A stretch of DNA of 64,000 nt from an uncultured Actinomycetota bacterium (GTDB lineage: Bacteria; Actinomycetota; Actinomycetes; DATJPE01). Below, one piece after another: positions 1-9,740 of the stretch. Under the pieces are notes generated by a model, which searched no databases, was not told the origin of the DNA, and saw only the letters and a program-made list of their open reading frames with translations. The stretch's first letter is position 1, and each line of letters begins with the position of its first letter. The position numbers and the translations under genes were made by a program. The stretch spans positions 455,449 through 519,448 of the forward strand of contig CAVTPM010000015.1 of assembly GCA_963736655.1 (NCBI GenBank), in the 5' to 3' direction.

Positions 1-509
1 AGGTCGCCGAGCTCGAGGGTGTTCTCGGCGGCCTGCCGGGACAGCTCGTGCACGCGCCGGACGCGCCCCTCCTTGACCTCGAACAGGTCAGCGAAGTCCG
101 CGTCCGCGCGGAGCTCGAGGCGGAGGCCGGCAGTCTCGGTCCCCAGGTTCGTCACGGTCACGCGCTCACGCATCCCGTCGCCCACGACTCGCTCGCGGAC
201 GACGAGCAAGGTGCTGTCTGACCGGCCGAGCGCCGGGCGCGACCGGGTGACGAAGGTGGCGCCGAACGGGTCTGCGGAGGTGACCGTCAGCGGCTCGAGC
301 CCCGCACCCTCGGCCTCCAGGACCCACTCGGACAGGATCCGGGTGTCGCGCACGAACAACCCCATCGCGGCCCCGGGAAGGATGTTGCCGCTGGGGGTGC
401 TCACGCAGAACGACGACCCCTCCACCAACGTGGTCAGCGCAGTTCCGGCAGCCGACGGGGGCGCACCGGAGAACGCCCAGCCATCGACCTGGTGCCCGGG
501 CTGCTCCAT
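1..509 (-). CDS. Glycogen-debranching-enzyme-like (amylo-alpha-1,6-glucosidase family) protein, N-terminal ~169 aa; gene continues past the left edge
   Basis: Absent from the ORF track because it is open at the window edge. My reverse translation from ATG (comp. 507-509) reads MEQPGHQVDGWAFSGAPPSAAGTALTTLVEGSSFCVSTPSGNILPGAAMGLFVRDTRILSEWVLEAEG...LLVVRERVVGDGMRERVTVTNLG. This is the pattern of the N-terminal domain of bacterial GDE-like proteins. It starts 3 nt after the stop of the upstream GT4 gene. Confidence 0.7.
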   Translation of the reverse strand, partial: MEQPGHQVDGWAFSGAPPSAAGTALTTLVEGSSFCVSTPSGNILPGAAMGLFVRDTRILSEWVLEAEGAGLEPLTVTSADPFGATFVTRSRPALGRSDSTLLVVRERVVGDGMRERVTVTNLGTETAGLRLELRADADFADLFEVKEGRVRRVHELSRQAAENTLELGD

Positions 510-512
510 GGG

Positions 513-1576
513 TCAGGCAGCTCCCGCGCTGTCCCGGCCGTGGCTCCCACCACTGGCGTCAAGGACCTGCCGGTAGAGCGTCACGTAGTCGGTGACCATC
601 CGCGCCCCGCTGAACCGCTCCTCGACGGCCGAGCGGCAGCGGGCCCGGTCGAGGGTCCCGACCTGCCGAAGGGCTTCGGCGGCCTCCGCAACGTCGGAGC
701 AGAGGAAGCCGGTGATCCCGTGGTCGACGATCTCCGGCGCCGCGCCGTTCGGGAAGGCGATCACGGGCGTGCCAGAGGCCATGGCCTCGATCATCACGAG
801 GCCGAAGGGTTCGCGCCACCGGATCGGGTTGAGCAGCGCGACGGCGCCGGCGAGCTCGCGGTTGCGCTGCTGCGGTCCGATCTCCCCCAGGAACGTGACG
901 CCGGGGCCGAGCAGCGGCTCGACGTGCTGCTGGAAGTAGCGGAGCTCCCCGGTCTCGCGCAGCTTCGCCGCGACGCGCACGGGAACCCCTGCCCGCCGGG
1001 CGATCTCGATCGCCTCCACGATGCCCTTCTCGGGCGCGAGCCGGCCCAGGATCAGCGCGTAGCCGCCGTCGCCGCGCCCCACGGCGTAACGAGCGGTGTC
1101 CAGACCGTGGTGGATCACTGCCGCCACCGGGATCTCCGGGGCCGACGCGCGCTGGCTCGCGGAGATGCAGGCCACCGCGGCCCAGCGCGCGAAGGCGCCG
1201 TACAGCGCGCGATTGGTCGGCGTGAACGCGCAGTGGACGGTGGTGACGACCGGGATGGTCAGTCGCGCGGCCTCGTGCCACACCGGCCCGAGTGTCGTGT
1301 GGTCATGGATCAGGTCGCAGTCGGCGAGCTGCTCGTAGGCTGCCTGGACCTGGCGTAGCTCGAAGTTCGCGTATCCCATGGGTTCGGGAGGCGTCTCGAA
1401 GACCCAGTGCCGTGGGACCGGGGCACGTCGCGTCGCCGGTCGAGAACAGCGAGACGCAGTGCGCCTCGCTCCTGGAGACCGCGAGCCAACGTGTCGACCA
1501 CGCTCTCCGTGCCGCCGTAGGTGATCGGGGGAACGGGCACCCAGGGGGGTGCGATCAGCCCGATCTTCATGGCCAT
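513..1576 (-). pseudogene. GT4-family glycosyltransferase, reading frame interrupted (two 1-nt shifts near 1460 and 1418)
   Basis: The N-terminus MKIGLIAPPWVPVPPITYGGTESVVDTLARGLQERG is in ORF 1310..1579(-). A third frame gives HCVSLFSTGDATCP. The rest is in ORF 513..1673(-): PVPRHWVFE...DLIHDHTTLGPV...GRLAPEKG...EPFGLVMIEAMASGTPVIAF. The start could be 1570, 1576 or 1579. Confidence 0.8.
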
Positions 1577-1751
1577 CACTCAGTTCCAGGTCGACGCCTA
1601 GGCCATCGTACGGCGCGACCGAGATCCGTGTCGTCGCGCCCGAGACCGGCCAGCTCGCAGCGGCAGGACCCACGCACCCGACCGACGGCGTAACCGAAGC
1701 GGCGCATCAGGACTGTGCATCTTCCGACGGTCGACGAACCAGGGAGCCCCC

Positions 1752-2716
1752 ATGAAGGTGACACGTTTGCTCACGGCACTCCTTGCGGTGCTGGTCCTCT
1801 CCTCCTGCAGCGACGCGCCTCCACCACAGCCTGCACAACAGTCTGCGCAAGAGCCCGTCGACTGGATCGCGTACCAGGTGGACACCTCGATCGCGCTGAG
1901 CCGGACCGACGGCACGGGCCAGCTCCCCGCTGACCGACAGAGCTGGACGACGAACCCGGACTGGACGCGACGACGGCAGCTGGTGTTCGCCGTCACCAAC
2001 GTCTTCGGCACCGACGACCTCTGGACGGTCGGCGTCGACGGCACCGCCGCAGGGCTGCTCCTCGCGTGCGAGTCTCCTGCCGGTACCTCGACGACCCGGC
2101 ATGGTCGCCCGACGGCACGAAGGTGATGTACAGCCGGACGTCAGAGGACGACGAGGGCAACTCCGTGGCCACGCTCGAGACGGTGACCATCGCCGACCGC
2201 AGGGTCGAGGTGGTGCTCACCGCCGCCCCCGACGAGTTCTACTCGGGAGTCAGGTGGTCCCCCGACGGGACCTCGGCGGTCGTCGAGCGGGTCCAGACGG
2301 GCTCGCGCGTGGACTCCGAGGTCGACGGCGCGACCTTGATGACCCTCGACCTGGCCTCGCCCGCGACCAGCCAGCGTGACCTGACCGATCCCGCCCTCTC
2401 GGGGTGACCGCCGACTGGGCGCCCGATGGACGACGCACGTATTCGGCGCCCTCCCGATCCTGAAGCCCGTGCACCCGACCTGTTCACGATCAGCCCCGAT
2501 GGCACCGGGCTCACTCGCCTCACGACCACCGACGACCGGGGTGGTGCAGCCGAGGAACCCGCCTGGAGCGTCGACGGCACGCACGTCTACTTCAGCCACA
2601 CCACCGCTGACGGCGCGAACGGCCTCGCAGTGGTCGCCGCGACCGGTGGCGAGGTCGTACCGGCCTTCGGCGACCGCTGCCGGCCGGACGTACCCCGCCT
2701 GCACGCGGCCAGCTGA
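1752..2716 (+). pseudogene. TolB-like / PD40 beta-propeller repeat lipoprotein, frame interrupted at least 3 times (~2075, ~2405, ~2440)
   Basis: Lipoprotein signal MKVTRLLTALLAVLVLSSC. PD40-type motifs (AWSPDGTKVMY, VRWSPDGTS, ADWAPDGRR, FTISPDGTG, AWSVDGTHVYF) are distributed over ORFs 1752..2126, 2066..2407, an unlisted frame at ~2408-2440, and 2426..2716. Confidence 0.7.
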
Positions 2717-2731
2717 GGCTGTAACCCGAAG

Positions 2732-3329
2732 GTGGAGCGAGGACTGTGTACGAAGGACATGACTCTTGACCGCCGAACCGCGCGAGCCGACACTGCGCTC
2801 GACCCTGCGCTCGCACCGGCGCTTCCCGATCGGGGCGGAGAGGAGACGACCTTCGTGGACGAGTTCTCCGCGTTCTACCGCGCGGAGTTCCGCCCCGTTG
2901 CGCGGACGGTCCTCTGATCGTCCACGACGCCCAGCGTGCCGAGGACATCACCCAGGAGGCCTTCCTCAAGCTGCTCCAGCACTGGAAGAAGGTCTCGAGG
3001 TACGAACGCCCGGGCGCCTGGGTACGGCGCGTCGCGATCAGACTGGCGACCAAGCAGGCCCGACGCGAACGGCTGCGGGGCCTCCTGGAGCGTGAGGGAC
3101 CGCCCCGAGCGGTGCGAGCCCGGCCGACGTCGACCTGATGCGGGCCGTCGCCCTGCTTCCGCCGAACCAACGTGCCGCAGTCGTGCTGTTCTACTTCGAG
3201 GACCGACCCATCGCCGAGATCGTGGACCTGATGAGCTGCTCGCCCTCGGCCGCCAAGGTGTGGCTGCACCGAGCGAGGCAGACCCTCGCCGAGCAACTCA
3301 CCGAGGAGGTGCCCGAGGATGTCTGTTGA
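2732..3329 (+). pseudogene. ECF-type RNA polymerase sigma-70 factor, frame interrupted (~2915 and ~3100-3135)
   Basis: FSAFYRAEFRPVARTV is in ORF 2732..2917. Region 2, LIVHDAQRAEDITQEAFLKLLQHWKKVSRYERPGAWVRRVAIRLA, is in an unlisted frame at 2914-3138. The region 4 HTH, MRAVALLPPNQRAAVVLFYFEDRPIAEIVDLMSCSPSAAKVWLHRARQTL, is in ORF 3138..3329. Confidence 0.75.
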
Positions 3330-3975
3330 CGACCGCCTCCGAACCGGCTTCGCCCAGGCTGCTGGCACGATGACCCCGACGTCGAGGACCGCCTGCAGCG
3401 GACCGCACCAGCTTCCGTCGGCGCCGGGCAGCGCGCCGCGCGACCCTCGCGACCGCCCTGGCGCTGCTCGTCGGTGCGGTGCTGGTGGTGGCACCGCAGC
3501 TCATCGACGACCTCTCAGTCGGTTCTCCCGAACCCCCGGGCGCGACCCGGCTCGTCACCCGCGCCGTCGAACCCGGTGCTGAACGGCGAGTGGGTCACTC
3601 CCGTGATCACCCCGCAACAGGTGACCTCCGCCCTGGAGGACGCCGACATGCTCCCTCGCCGACGCGGTCATCGCGGACTTCCGCTTCCCGACGGCGTGGA
3701 CGTTGGAGTTCACCGACGCGAGTTTCAGCGTCACGTCCACCACCGGGGCTCGGTCGACACCGGCGACTACACGCGTCCGGAAACACCCTGACCGTCGCCC
3801 CACCTGCACCAAAGACGACCAACCTGTGGCCTGCACCGTGACCTACGCCCTGACCCTCGACGGAGACACCCTGATCTTCGACCTGGTCGGCGACGACTCG
3901 CCCGACTACCTCGGAACACCCGACGAGGCCTTCCAGCGGGCGCTCTACACGGCAGCCCCCTTCAGTCGTGCGTGA
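3319..3975 (+). pseudogene. Membrane-anchored protein downstream of the ECF sigma (putative anti-sigma-like partner), frame interrupted several times
   Basis: The ATG at 3319 overlaps the sigma gene stop by 11 nt. Pieces are MSVDDRLRTGFAQAAG (ORF 3319..), a TM segment LALLVGAVLVVAPQLI (ORF 3479..), VLNGEWVTPVITPQQVTSALEDADM (ORF 3474..), and LEFTDASFSV...CTVTYALTLDGDTLIFDLVGDDSPDYLGTPDEAFQRALYTAAPFSRA (ORF 3703..3975). No recognisable family. Confidence 0.45.
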
Positions 3976-3983
3976 GACCGACC

Positions 3984-4994
3984 TCAGGCGCCGGCGCTGG
4001 CCTGAAGGGACTGCAGCTGCGGAGCCGTCCCCACGACGATCATCACGTCACCCGGCTCGATCACGCGATCCGCGGGCGGGTTGCTCACGAACTGACCGCC
4101 CTTGCTGCGCAGCGCCAGCAAGAGCGCGCCGCCACCCTCGCGCTCACGCGTCGCGCGGACGGTCGACCCGGCGAGGGGCGAGCCCTGGCGCACCTCGACG
4201 TTCTCCAGCCGGAACTCCAGCTCGGCGCTGTGCATGGCGACGTCCAGGAAGTCCACCACGTGCGGCTGGAGGGCGAAGGCAGCGATGCGGTCACCGCCGA
4301 GCCGCTGCGGGTTCACCACCCGGTCGGCTCCGGCGAGGGTGAACTTGCGCTCGGAGTCGTCGGTCCGTGCGCGTGCGATCACCATCAGGTCGGGGTTGAG
4401 GGCACGCGAGCTCAGGGTGAGGTAGAGGGAGTCCGCGTCGGTGTCGAGCGAGGCGACGAGGATCGCGGCCCGGTCGATACCGGCCTGCCTAAGGACGTCG
4501 TCGGAGGATGCGTTGCCGAGGATGTAGGGGTAGGGCGTGTCCAAGAAGCGGTTCTCGTCTCGGTCGATGACGACGACGTCCTTGCCCGCTCGAGCCAGCT
4601 CGTGGGCCGTGGCGCGTCCGACCCTGCCGTAGCCGCAGACGATGACGTGCCCGGTCAGCCGATCGATCTCGCGCTGCATGCGGCGCCTCCCCATGAGTGA
4701 CCCGACGTGACCCTCGACGACCGAGGCCATGAGCAGGGTCAACGCGTACAGCACCGTGCCGGTGCCGACGAGCATCAAGCCGATGGTGAACAGCTTCTCG
4801 GGTGTGCCGAAGTCGCCGATCTCCTTGAACCCGACGGTGGTGACCGTGAAGACGGTCCCGTAGAGCGCGTCGATCGGCGCGACACCCAAGAGGATGTAGC
4901 CGACCGTGCCGATCATGATGACCATCGCGACCGCGGCGAAGGTCAACAAGAACTGACGTCCGACGTCGACCCGACGGCGACTGCGGTGGGTCAT
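3984..4994 (-). CDS. Potassium-channel family protein: 2-TM pore domain plus RCK (TrkA-N/TrkA-C) domains
   Basis: ORF 3984..5333(-), with the start placed at MTHRSRRRV (comp. ATG 4992-4994). Pore region is LYGTVFTVTTVGFKEIGDFG. Rossmann motif is HVIVCGYGRVGRATAHELARAGKDVVVID. The C-terminus is TrkA-C-like (VIEPGDVMIVVG). The frame is intact. Confidence 0.85.
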   Translation of the reverse strand: MTHRSRRRVDVGRQFLLTFAAVAMVIMIGTVGYILLGVAPIDALYGTVFTVTTVGFKEIGDFGTPEKLFTIGLMLVGTGTVLYALTLLMASVVEGHVGSLMGRRRMQREIDRLTGHVIVCGYGRVGRATAHELARAGKDVVVIDRDENRFLDTPYPYILGNASSDDVLRQAGIDRAAILVASLDTDADSLYLTLSSRALNPDLMVIARARTDDSERKFTLAGADRVVNPQRLGGDRIAAFALQPHVVDFLDVAMHSAELEFRLENVEVRQGSPLAGSTVRATREREGGGALLLALRSKGGQFVSNPPADRVIEPGDVMIVVGTAPQLQSLQASAGA

Positions 4995-5041
4995 CGGCAC
5001 GCCCCCATTGTGTCGCGCCGGGCGCCCGGGCGACGGCAGAC

Positions 5042-6983
5042 TCAGTCGGCGTCGTGCTTCTTCTTGCCCTTCTTGCCCTTCTTGCCCTTCTTCCCGTTGC
5101 CGTTGTGCTTCTTGTGCTCCTCCTTGGGAGCAGGTCCGAGAGGGTCGTCCTCGGCCTCGTCGATCGCCGCGAGGAGCGCCACCTCGACGGGGTCGTAGTC
5201 GACCTCGATGCGCTCCGGAGCATCGGCATCGGCATCGGCGTCGTCCGCCTCTGCGGTCGACCCGAGCAGGGCTGGGTCGAGCGTGGCGGCCCGCGCCCGG
5301 GCCTCCCGGACACCCTGCGAGATGCTGTGCCACATGTGGTCGGTGCCGAGCCGCTCCTCGAAGCCGGACCGCTTGAGCACCCGGCGCACGAAGTGGAACA
5401 CACGCACCAGGTAGAGCTCGATGCCTCGCGCCCGGAGGTCCTCGAGGAGGGCGCTCATCATGTCCACGCTGCTGGTGTCCAGCTGGTTGGTGGACTCGAG
5501 GTCGAGCACCAGGGTGTGCGTGCCGGGCGCCTCGTCCACGGCGGCGAGCACGCCGTCGCGGACGTCAGCAGCGTTGACCCAGAAGATCGGCGCATCGAGG
5601 CGCAGCACGAGGATCCCGTCCGCGGTGCGGCGCTCCGGGTGCCGGCTCACGCTCCCCCACGCAGCCTTCTCCCCCTCGATCCGGCCCATGACGTCGACGT
5701 CGACCCTGCTGGAGCGGTAGACCAAGCCGATCACCGACTGCATGATCGCGAGCAGCAGCCCGTACAACGTCCCGAAGAGCAAGACCCCGCCGAGCGCGAC
5801 CATGCACCCCACGAAGTCGTTGCGTCGCACCCTCCGGTAGCGCCGGATGGCCGGGACGTCCATGAGCCCCCACACCGCATGGATGACGATCGCCGACAGC
5901 ACCGCCCTCGGGAGCGGCGCCAGCTCTCCGACGACGGTCACCAGGGCCACGACGACGATGAGGCCCGGTCGCGAGGTTCGCCATCTGCGAGCCGCCGCCG
6001 GCCCTGACCAGCGCAGCGGTCTTCGACAGGCTCCCGCCGACCCCCATCCCTCCGGTGAGCCCGGCGCCGACGTTCGAGGCGCCGTAGGCGACCAGCTCCT
6101 TGTCGGAGTCGATCCGGTAGCCGCCCTCCTGGGCGAACAGCCGCGCCGCCGACATCCCCTCCGCCAGGCCGACCAGGGCAAGAGCCGCGCCCCCGAAGAT
6201 CATGCTCGGGATCAGGTCGACGGGCACTCCGGGGAGGGACACGCCCGGCAGGCCGGTCGGCACGTCCCCGACGACGGCGACGCCATACCCCGGGAGGTCC
6301 GCCAGCCGGGAGACGACCACACCGCCGAGCAGCACGACCAGGCCCCAGGGGATCTTCGGTGCGAACCGTGAACCGACGAAGAGGACGGCCAGGCTCACGG
6401 CCCCGACCAGGAGGGTGGTCGTGTTGACCTCGTCGAGCTCGGGCACGAGGCCGCCCAGCCTCTGGAAGACGTTGCCCGACGTGGGAGGCACCCCGAGCAG
6501 GCTGGCCAGCTCGCCCACGATGATCACCACGGTCAGCCCGAAGACGAAGCCGGTGACGATCGGCTTGGAGAGGAACTCCGCCACCCAGCCGACACCGAGC
6601 AGCCCGGCCGCGATGAGCCACAGCCCAGAGGCGATCGCGAGCCCCGCCGTCAGGGTGATCGCGAGCGAGGGGTCACCGCCCGCCTGGTTGGCGACCAGCG
6701 ACCCGGAGAGCACCGACACCGTCGACACCGGGCCGACGAACAGCTGCCGTGAGGTGCCCAGCACCGCGTACGCCAGCAGCGCGAGCGGGATGGCGTACAG
6801 GCCCACCTGGACGGGGACTCCCGCGATACCGGCGTAGCCGAGGGACTGCGGGACCACGAGGGCGGCGACCACCAGGCCCGCGAGAGCGTCCTTGCCCAGC
6901 CGCGAACGGTCGTACGCCGGCCACCAGGTGAGGATCGGCACGTGGGCGACGAGGTGCGCCCGGAGCCCCTCAGGCGTGTTCAT
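5042..6983 (-). pseudogene. SulP-family anion transporter with C-terminal STAS domain, one frameshift (~5975)
   Basis: The N-terminal 2/3 is in ORF 5565..6983(-): ...VVPQSLGYAGIAGVPVQVGLY...SKTAALVRAGGGSQMANLATG. The continuation LIVVVALVTVVGELAPLPRAVLSAIVIHAVWGLMD...STAS (ILVLRLDAPIFWVNA...LDLESTNQLDTSSV) is in ORF 5042..6181(-). The coding strand reads ACCGGGCCTCATC where T-G-L-I needs one G fewer. Confidence 0.85.
5060..5095 (-). repeat. 9-bp tandem repeat (cttcttgcc x3 perfect plus 1 imperfect) inside the SulP 3' end, encoding (GKK)n
   Basis: Read directly in the sequence: cttcttgcc cttcttgcc cttcttgcc cttcttccc. It is translated on the minus strand as NGKKGKKGKKGKKK. Confidence 0.85.
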
Positions 6984-7158
6984 CGGCCGTTCACCTCCCG
7001 TTCACCTTGGTGGCGGCCACCGTAACGCCCCCGCCCACCCACCTGCCCGCACCCGTAAGACTCTGGTCAGACGCACCGGGTATCGAACGCTCCGCGAGCG
7101 ACGTTCAGCCTGGGGACGGCCCGATGCCGCACCCCTGACTGAAGGAGAAGCCGACGAC

Positions 7159-8371
7159 ATGGCGATCACGATGTACGGCACCGGCTGGTGCTCGGACTGC
7201 AAGCGCGCGAAGCAGTTCTTCGGCGAGCAGCGGGTGCGCCTACGACTTCGTCGACGTCGACGCGGACCCCTCCGGTCGGGCGGTCGTCCAGGCCCACAAC
7301 GGCGGCAAGGACATCATCCCGACCATCGTGTTCGACGACGGCAGCATCCTCGTCGAGCCCAGCAACGCCGAGCTGGCCGCGAAGCTCGGGCTCCAGACGA
7401 TGGCCGAGAAGCGCTTCTACGACCTGATCGTCGTCGGGTCCGGACCCGCCGGGCTGACGGCAGCGCTCTACGCGGCGCGCGAGGGCATGGACGTGCTCGT
7501 CGTCGAGCGCGGCGGGGTGGGTGGCCAGGCCGGCATGACCGAGCGCCTCGACAACTTCCCCGGCTTCCCCGAGGGCGTCACCGGTGAGGACTTCGCAGGA
7601 CGGCTGCGCCAGCAGGCCGAGCGGTTCGGCGTGGAGATCCTCCCGGCCCAGAACGTGGAGGCCGTCGGGCTCGACGGCCCCTACCGGACCGTGACGACCG
7701 GGGACGGCAGCACCTACGGCGCCTTCGCCGTGCTGCTCGCGCTCGGGTCGACGTACCGACGGCTCGGGGTCGACGGCGAGGACGACCTGATCGGCGCCGG
7801 CGTGCACTTCTGCGCGACCTGCGACGGGGCGTTCTACCGCGACAAGCACGTGGCCGTCATCGGCGGCGGCAACAGCGCCGGCGAGGAGAGCCTCTTCCTC
7901 ACCCGCTTCGCCAAGGACGTCACGATCATCACCCGCGACCCTGCCCTCACCGCCAGCCAGGTCGTCGTCCAGAAGCTCTCCGAGCACGAGGACATCGCGG
8001 TGGTGACCGGCGTGGAGCCGGTCGGCTTCGCCACCGAGGACGGGCGGCTGGTCGGCGTGCAGGTCGAGGAGGACGGGGTGCGCCGCACGATCGCCGCCGA
8101 CGGCGTCTTCGTGTTCATCGGGCTGACCCCCAACAGCCAGCTCGTCGCGGACCTCGTCGACCTGGACCCGCAGGGGTTCGTGGTCTCCGACGTCGGCATG
8201 CAGACCAGCGTGCCCGGCCTGTTCGTCGCGGGCGACGTCCGCAGCACCTCGACCAAGCAGGCGGCCAGTGCCGCCGGCGAAGGCGCAGCAGCGGCCCTGG
8301 CCATCCGGAGGTACGTCGACCCGCTGGCGAGCGGACTGCGGGCGATGGACGCCGAGAAGGCGACGGCCTGA
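7159..8371 (+). pseudogene. Glutaredoxin/NrdH-like domain fused to thioredoxin-disulfide reductase (FAD/NAD(P) oxidoreductase), one frameshift (~7238)
   Basis: RBS gaaggag at 7141-7147, ATG at 7159. MAITMYGTGWCSDCKRAKQFFGEQRV is in the frame of ORF 6892..7587. It then continues as YDFVDVDADPSGRAVVQAHNGGKDIIPTIVFDDG...YDLIVVGSGPAGLTAALYAAREG...FCATCDGAF...VIGGGNSAGEE...GLFVAGDV in ORF 7328..8371. The lesion is at GTGCGCCTAC (one C too many). Confidence 0.8.
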
Positions 8372-8397
8372 CCGAGCCTGGGCCTAGGGTTCGGGCC

Positions 8398-9204
8398 ATG
8401 CCGGTATCTCGCGGACGCAAGGGCAAGAAGCGGAGGGGCAGGAGTCCGGCGCGTCGCCGGGAGGTGAGCGCCGCCGAGATCGCGCTGCAGTCCCTCGGGG
8501 ACCCGTCGCAGACGACCTGCGTGCTGGACGCCGACGTGCTGGTCAGCGAGCTGCTGGGCATCGCCTACGTGGCCGGCGGCGAGTCCGGCGCCCACGACGC
8601 GGTGGAGGCGGTCGACGACCTCGCCGAAGAGATGCTCGAGCTGGCCGAGACGAGCGCGGAACCCGGCGCCCTCGAGCTGCTGGCTGCCCTCGCGTCGGTC
8701 GGCCCGGACGGCATCGCCGAGGCAGCCGCCGCTGCCTTCGAGATCCGCCGCACCGCCCAGCCGGACCGTCCGGTCGCCCCCTGGGTGGACGACTACGCCT
8801 CGCTGGTCTGCACGGGCGCGTACCGGTCCACCGACACCTATGGCGACCTCACCCAGTACGTCGCCACCTTCGGTCACGGCCCAGGGAACCCCGACCTCCC
8901 CTCGCACCTCGTGCTGTGGCTGCTCGACGCCAACGGCAACGGCGGAGCCGACGACATCATCGTCGTCGACGACGCCGACCAGGCGATGGGGCGGTTGCGC
9001 CAGCTCATCGCCGACGGGGACGGCGAGATGTCTGCGCTGGCCGAGGTCGACGCGGCCGAGCTGCGCGCGGCCGTCTCGCTCGGGATGGACCTGGAGACGA
9101 TGACCGACGGCGCCCCCGAGGAGGAGAGCTACTGCACGCTGCGGTCCCTGGCGTACGGGCGGCTGCGGCTGCTGCCGGCCACCGACGAGGCGGACGCAGG
9201 CTGA
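8398..9204 (+). CDS. Hypothetical acidic protein; may be the N-terminal part of a single 8398..9733 gene
   Basis: ORF 8398..9204 with a basic N-terminus (MPVSRGRKGKKRRGRSPARRRE). No recognisable motif. Removing one G at ~9199 (caGGctga) would join ...ATDEADA to ADELVSPEQRDAVV of the next ORF. There is no RBS before the GTG at 9212. Confidence 0.5.
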   Translation: MPVSRGRKGKKRRGRSPARRREVSAAEIALQSLGDPSQTTCVLDADVLVSELLGIAYVAGGESGAHDAVEAVDDLAEEMLELAETSAEPGALELLAALASVGPDGIAEAAAAAFEIRRTAQPDRPVAPWVDDYASLVCTGAYRSTDTYGDLTQYVATFGHGPGNPDLPSHLVLWLLDANGNGGADDIIVVDDADQAMGRLRQLIADGDGEMSALAEVDAAELRAAVSLGMDLETMTDGAPEEESYCTLRSLAYGRLRLLPATDEADAG

Positions 9205-9211
9205 CGAGCTC

Positions 9212-9733
9212 GTGTCGCCGGAGCAGCGCGACGCGGTGGTCGAGGCCTTCCTCCGCTCGCCCGAGGCCGCGGACCTGAGGGCCGAGCCGGCCGCCTCCGC
9301 CGAACCGCTGGACGACGACGCCCTACGGATGCTCGCGGGCCTCGCGGTCGACTTCGCTGCGGACTACGCCGGAGGCGACCCGCTGCGGATCAGCCCGGCG
9401 AGCGCCACGATGTTCCTCCTCGACTGGGTGCCCCGCCAGGTGATCCTCGACGCCGAGGACACCGCAGCCCTGCCGGTCGTGCTCACGGCGTGGGCGACGT
9501 ACTCCTGCCGGGTTCGGGAACGCGGAGCCCCCGCACCGATCCACCTCGCGATCGCCGAGGTCACCGACGACTACCTCGAGCTGATGGCCAGCGGTGAGCT
9601 CCGCAGCCTGAGCACCCAGATCCTCGCCGGCCTGGTCGCCGACGGCGTCGACATCACCGACCCCGAGCAGCTCAGCACCGGGCTGGAGCGCTACAACGCC
9701 GGGCTGGACGACACCCGGCTGGACCAGCGCTGA
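9212..9733 (+). CDS. Hypothetical protein; possibly the C-terminal part of the 8398..9733 gene
   Basis: ORF 9212..9733 (GTG start), in the same orientation and 7 nt after the previous stop. Its composition is coding-like. No family recognised. Confidence 0.45.
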   Translation: MSPEQRDAVVEAFLRSPEAADLRAEPAASAEPLDDDALRMLAGLAVDFAADYAGGDPLRISPASATMFLLDWVPRQVILDAEDTAALPVVLTAWATYSCRVRERGAPAPIHLAIAEVTDDYLELMASGELRSLSTQILAGLVADGVDITDPEQLSTGLERYNAGLDDTRLDQR

Positions 9734-9740
9734 ATCACGG

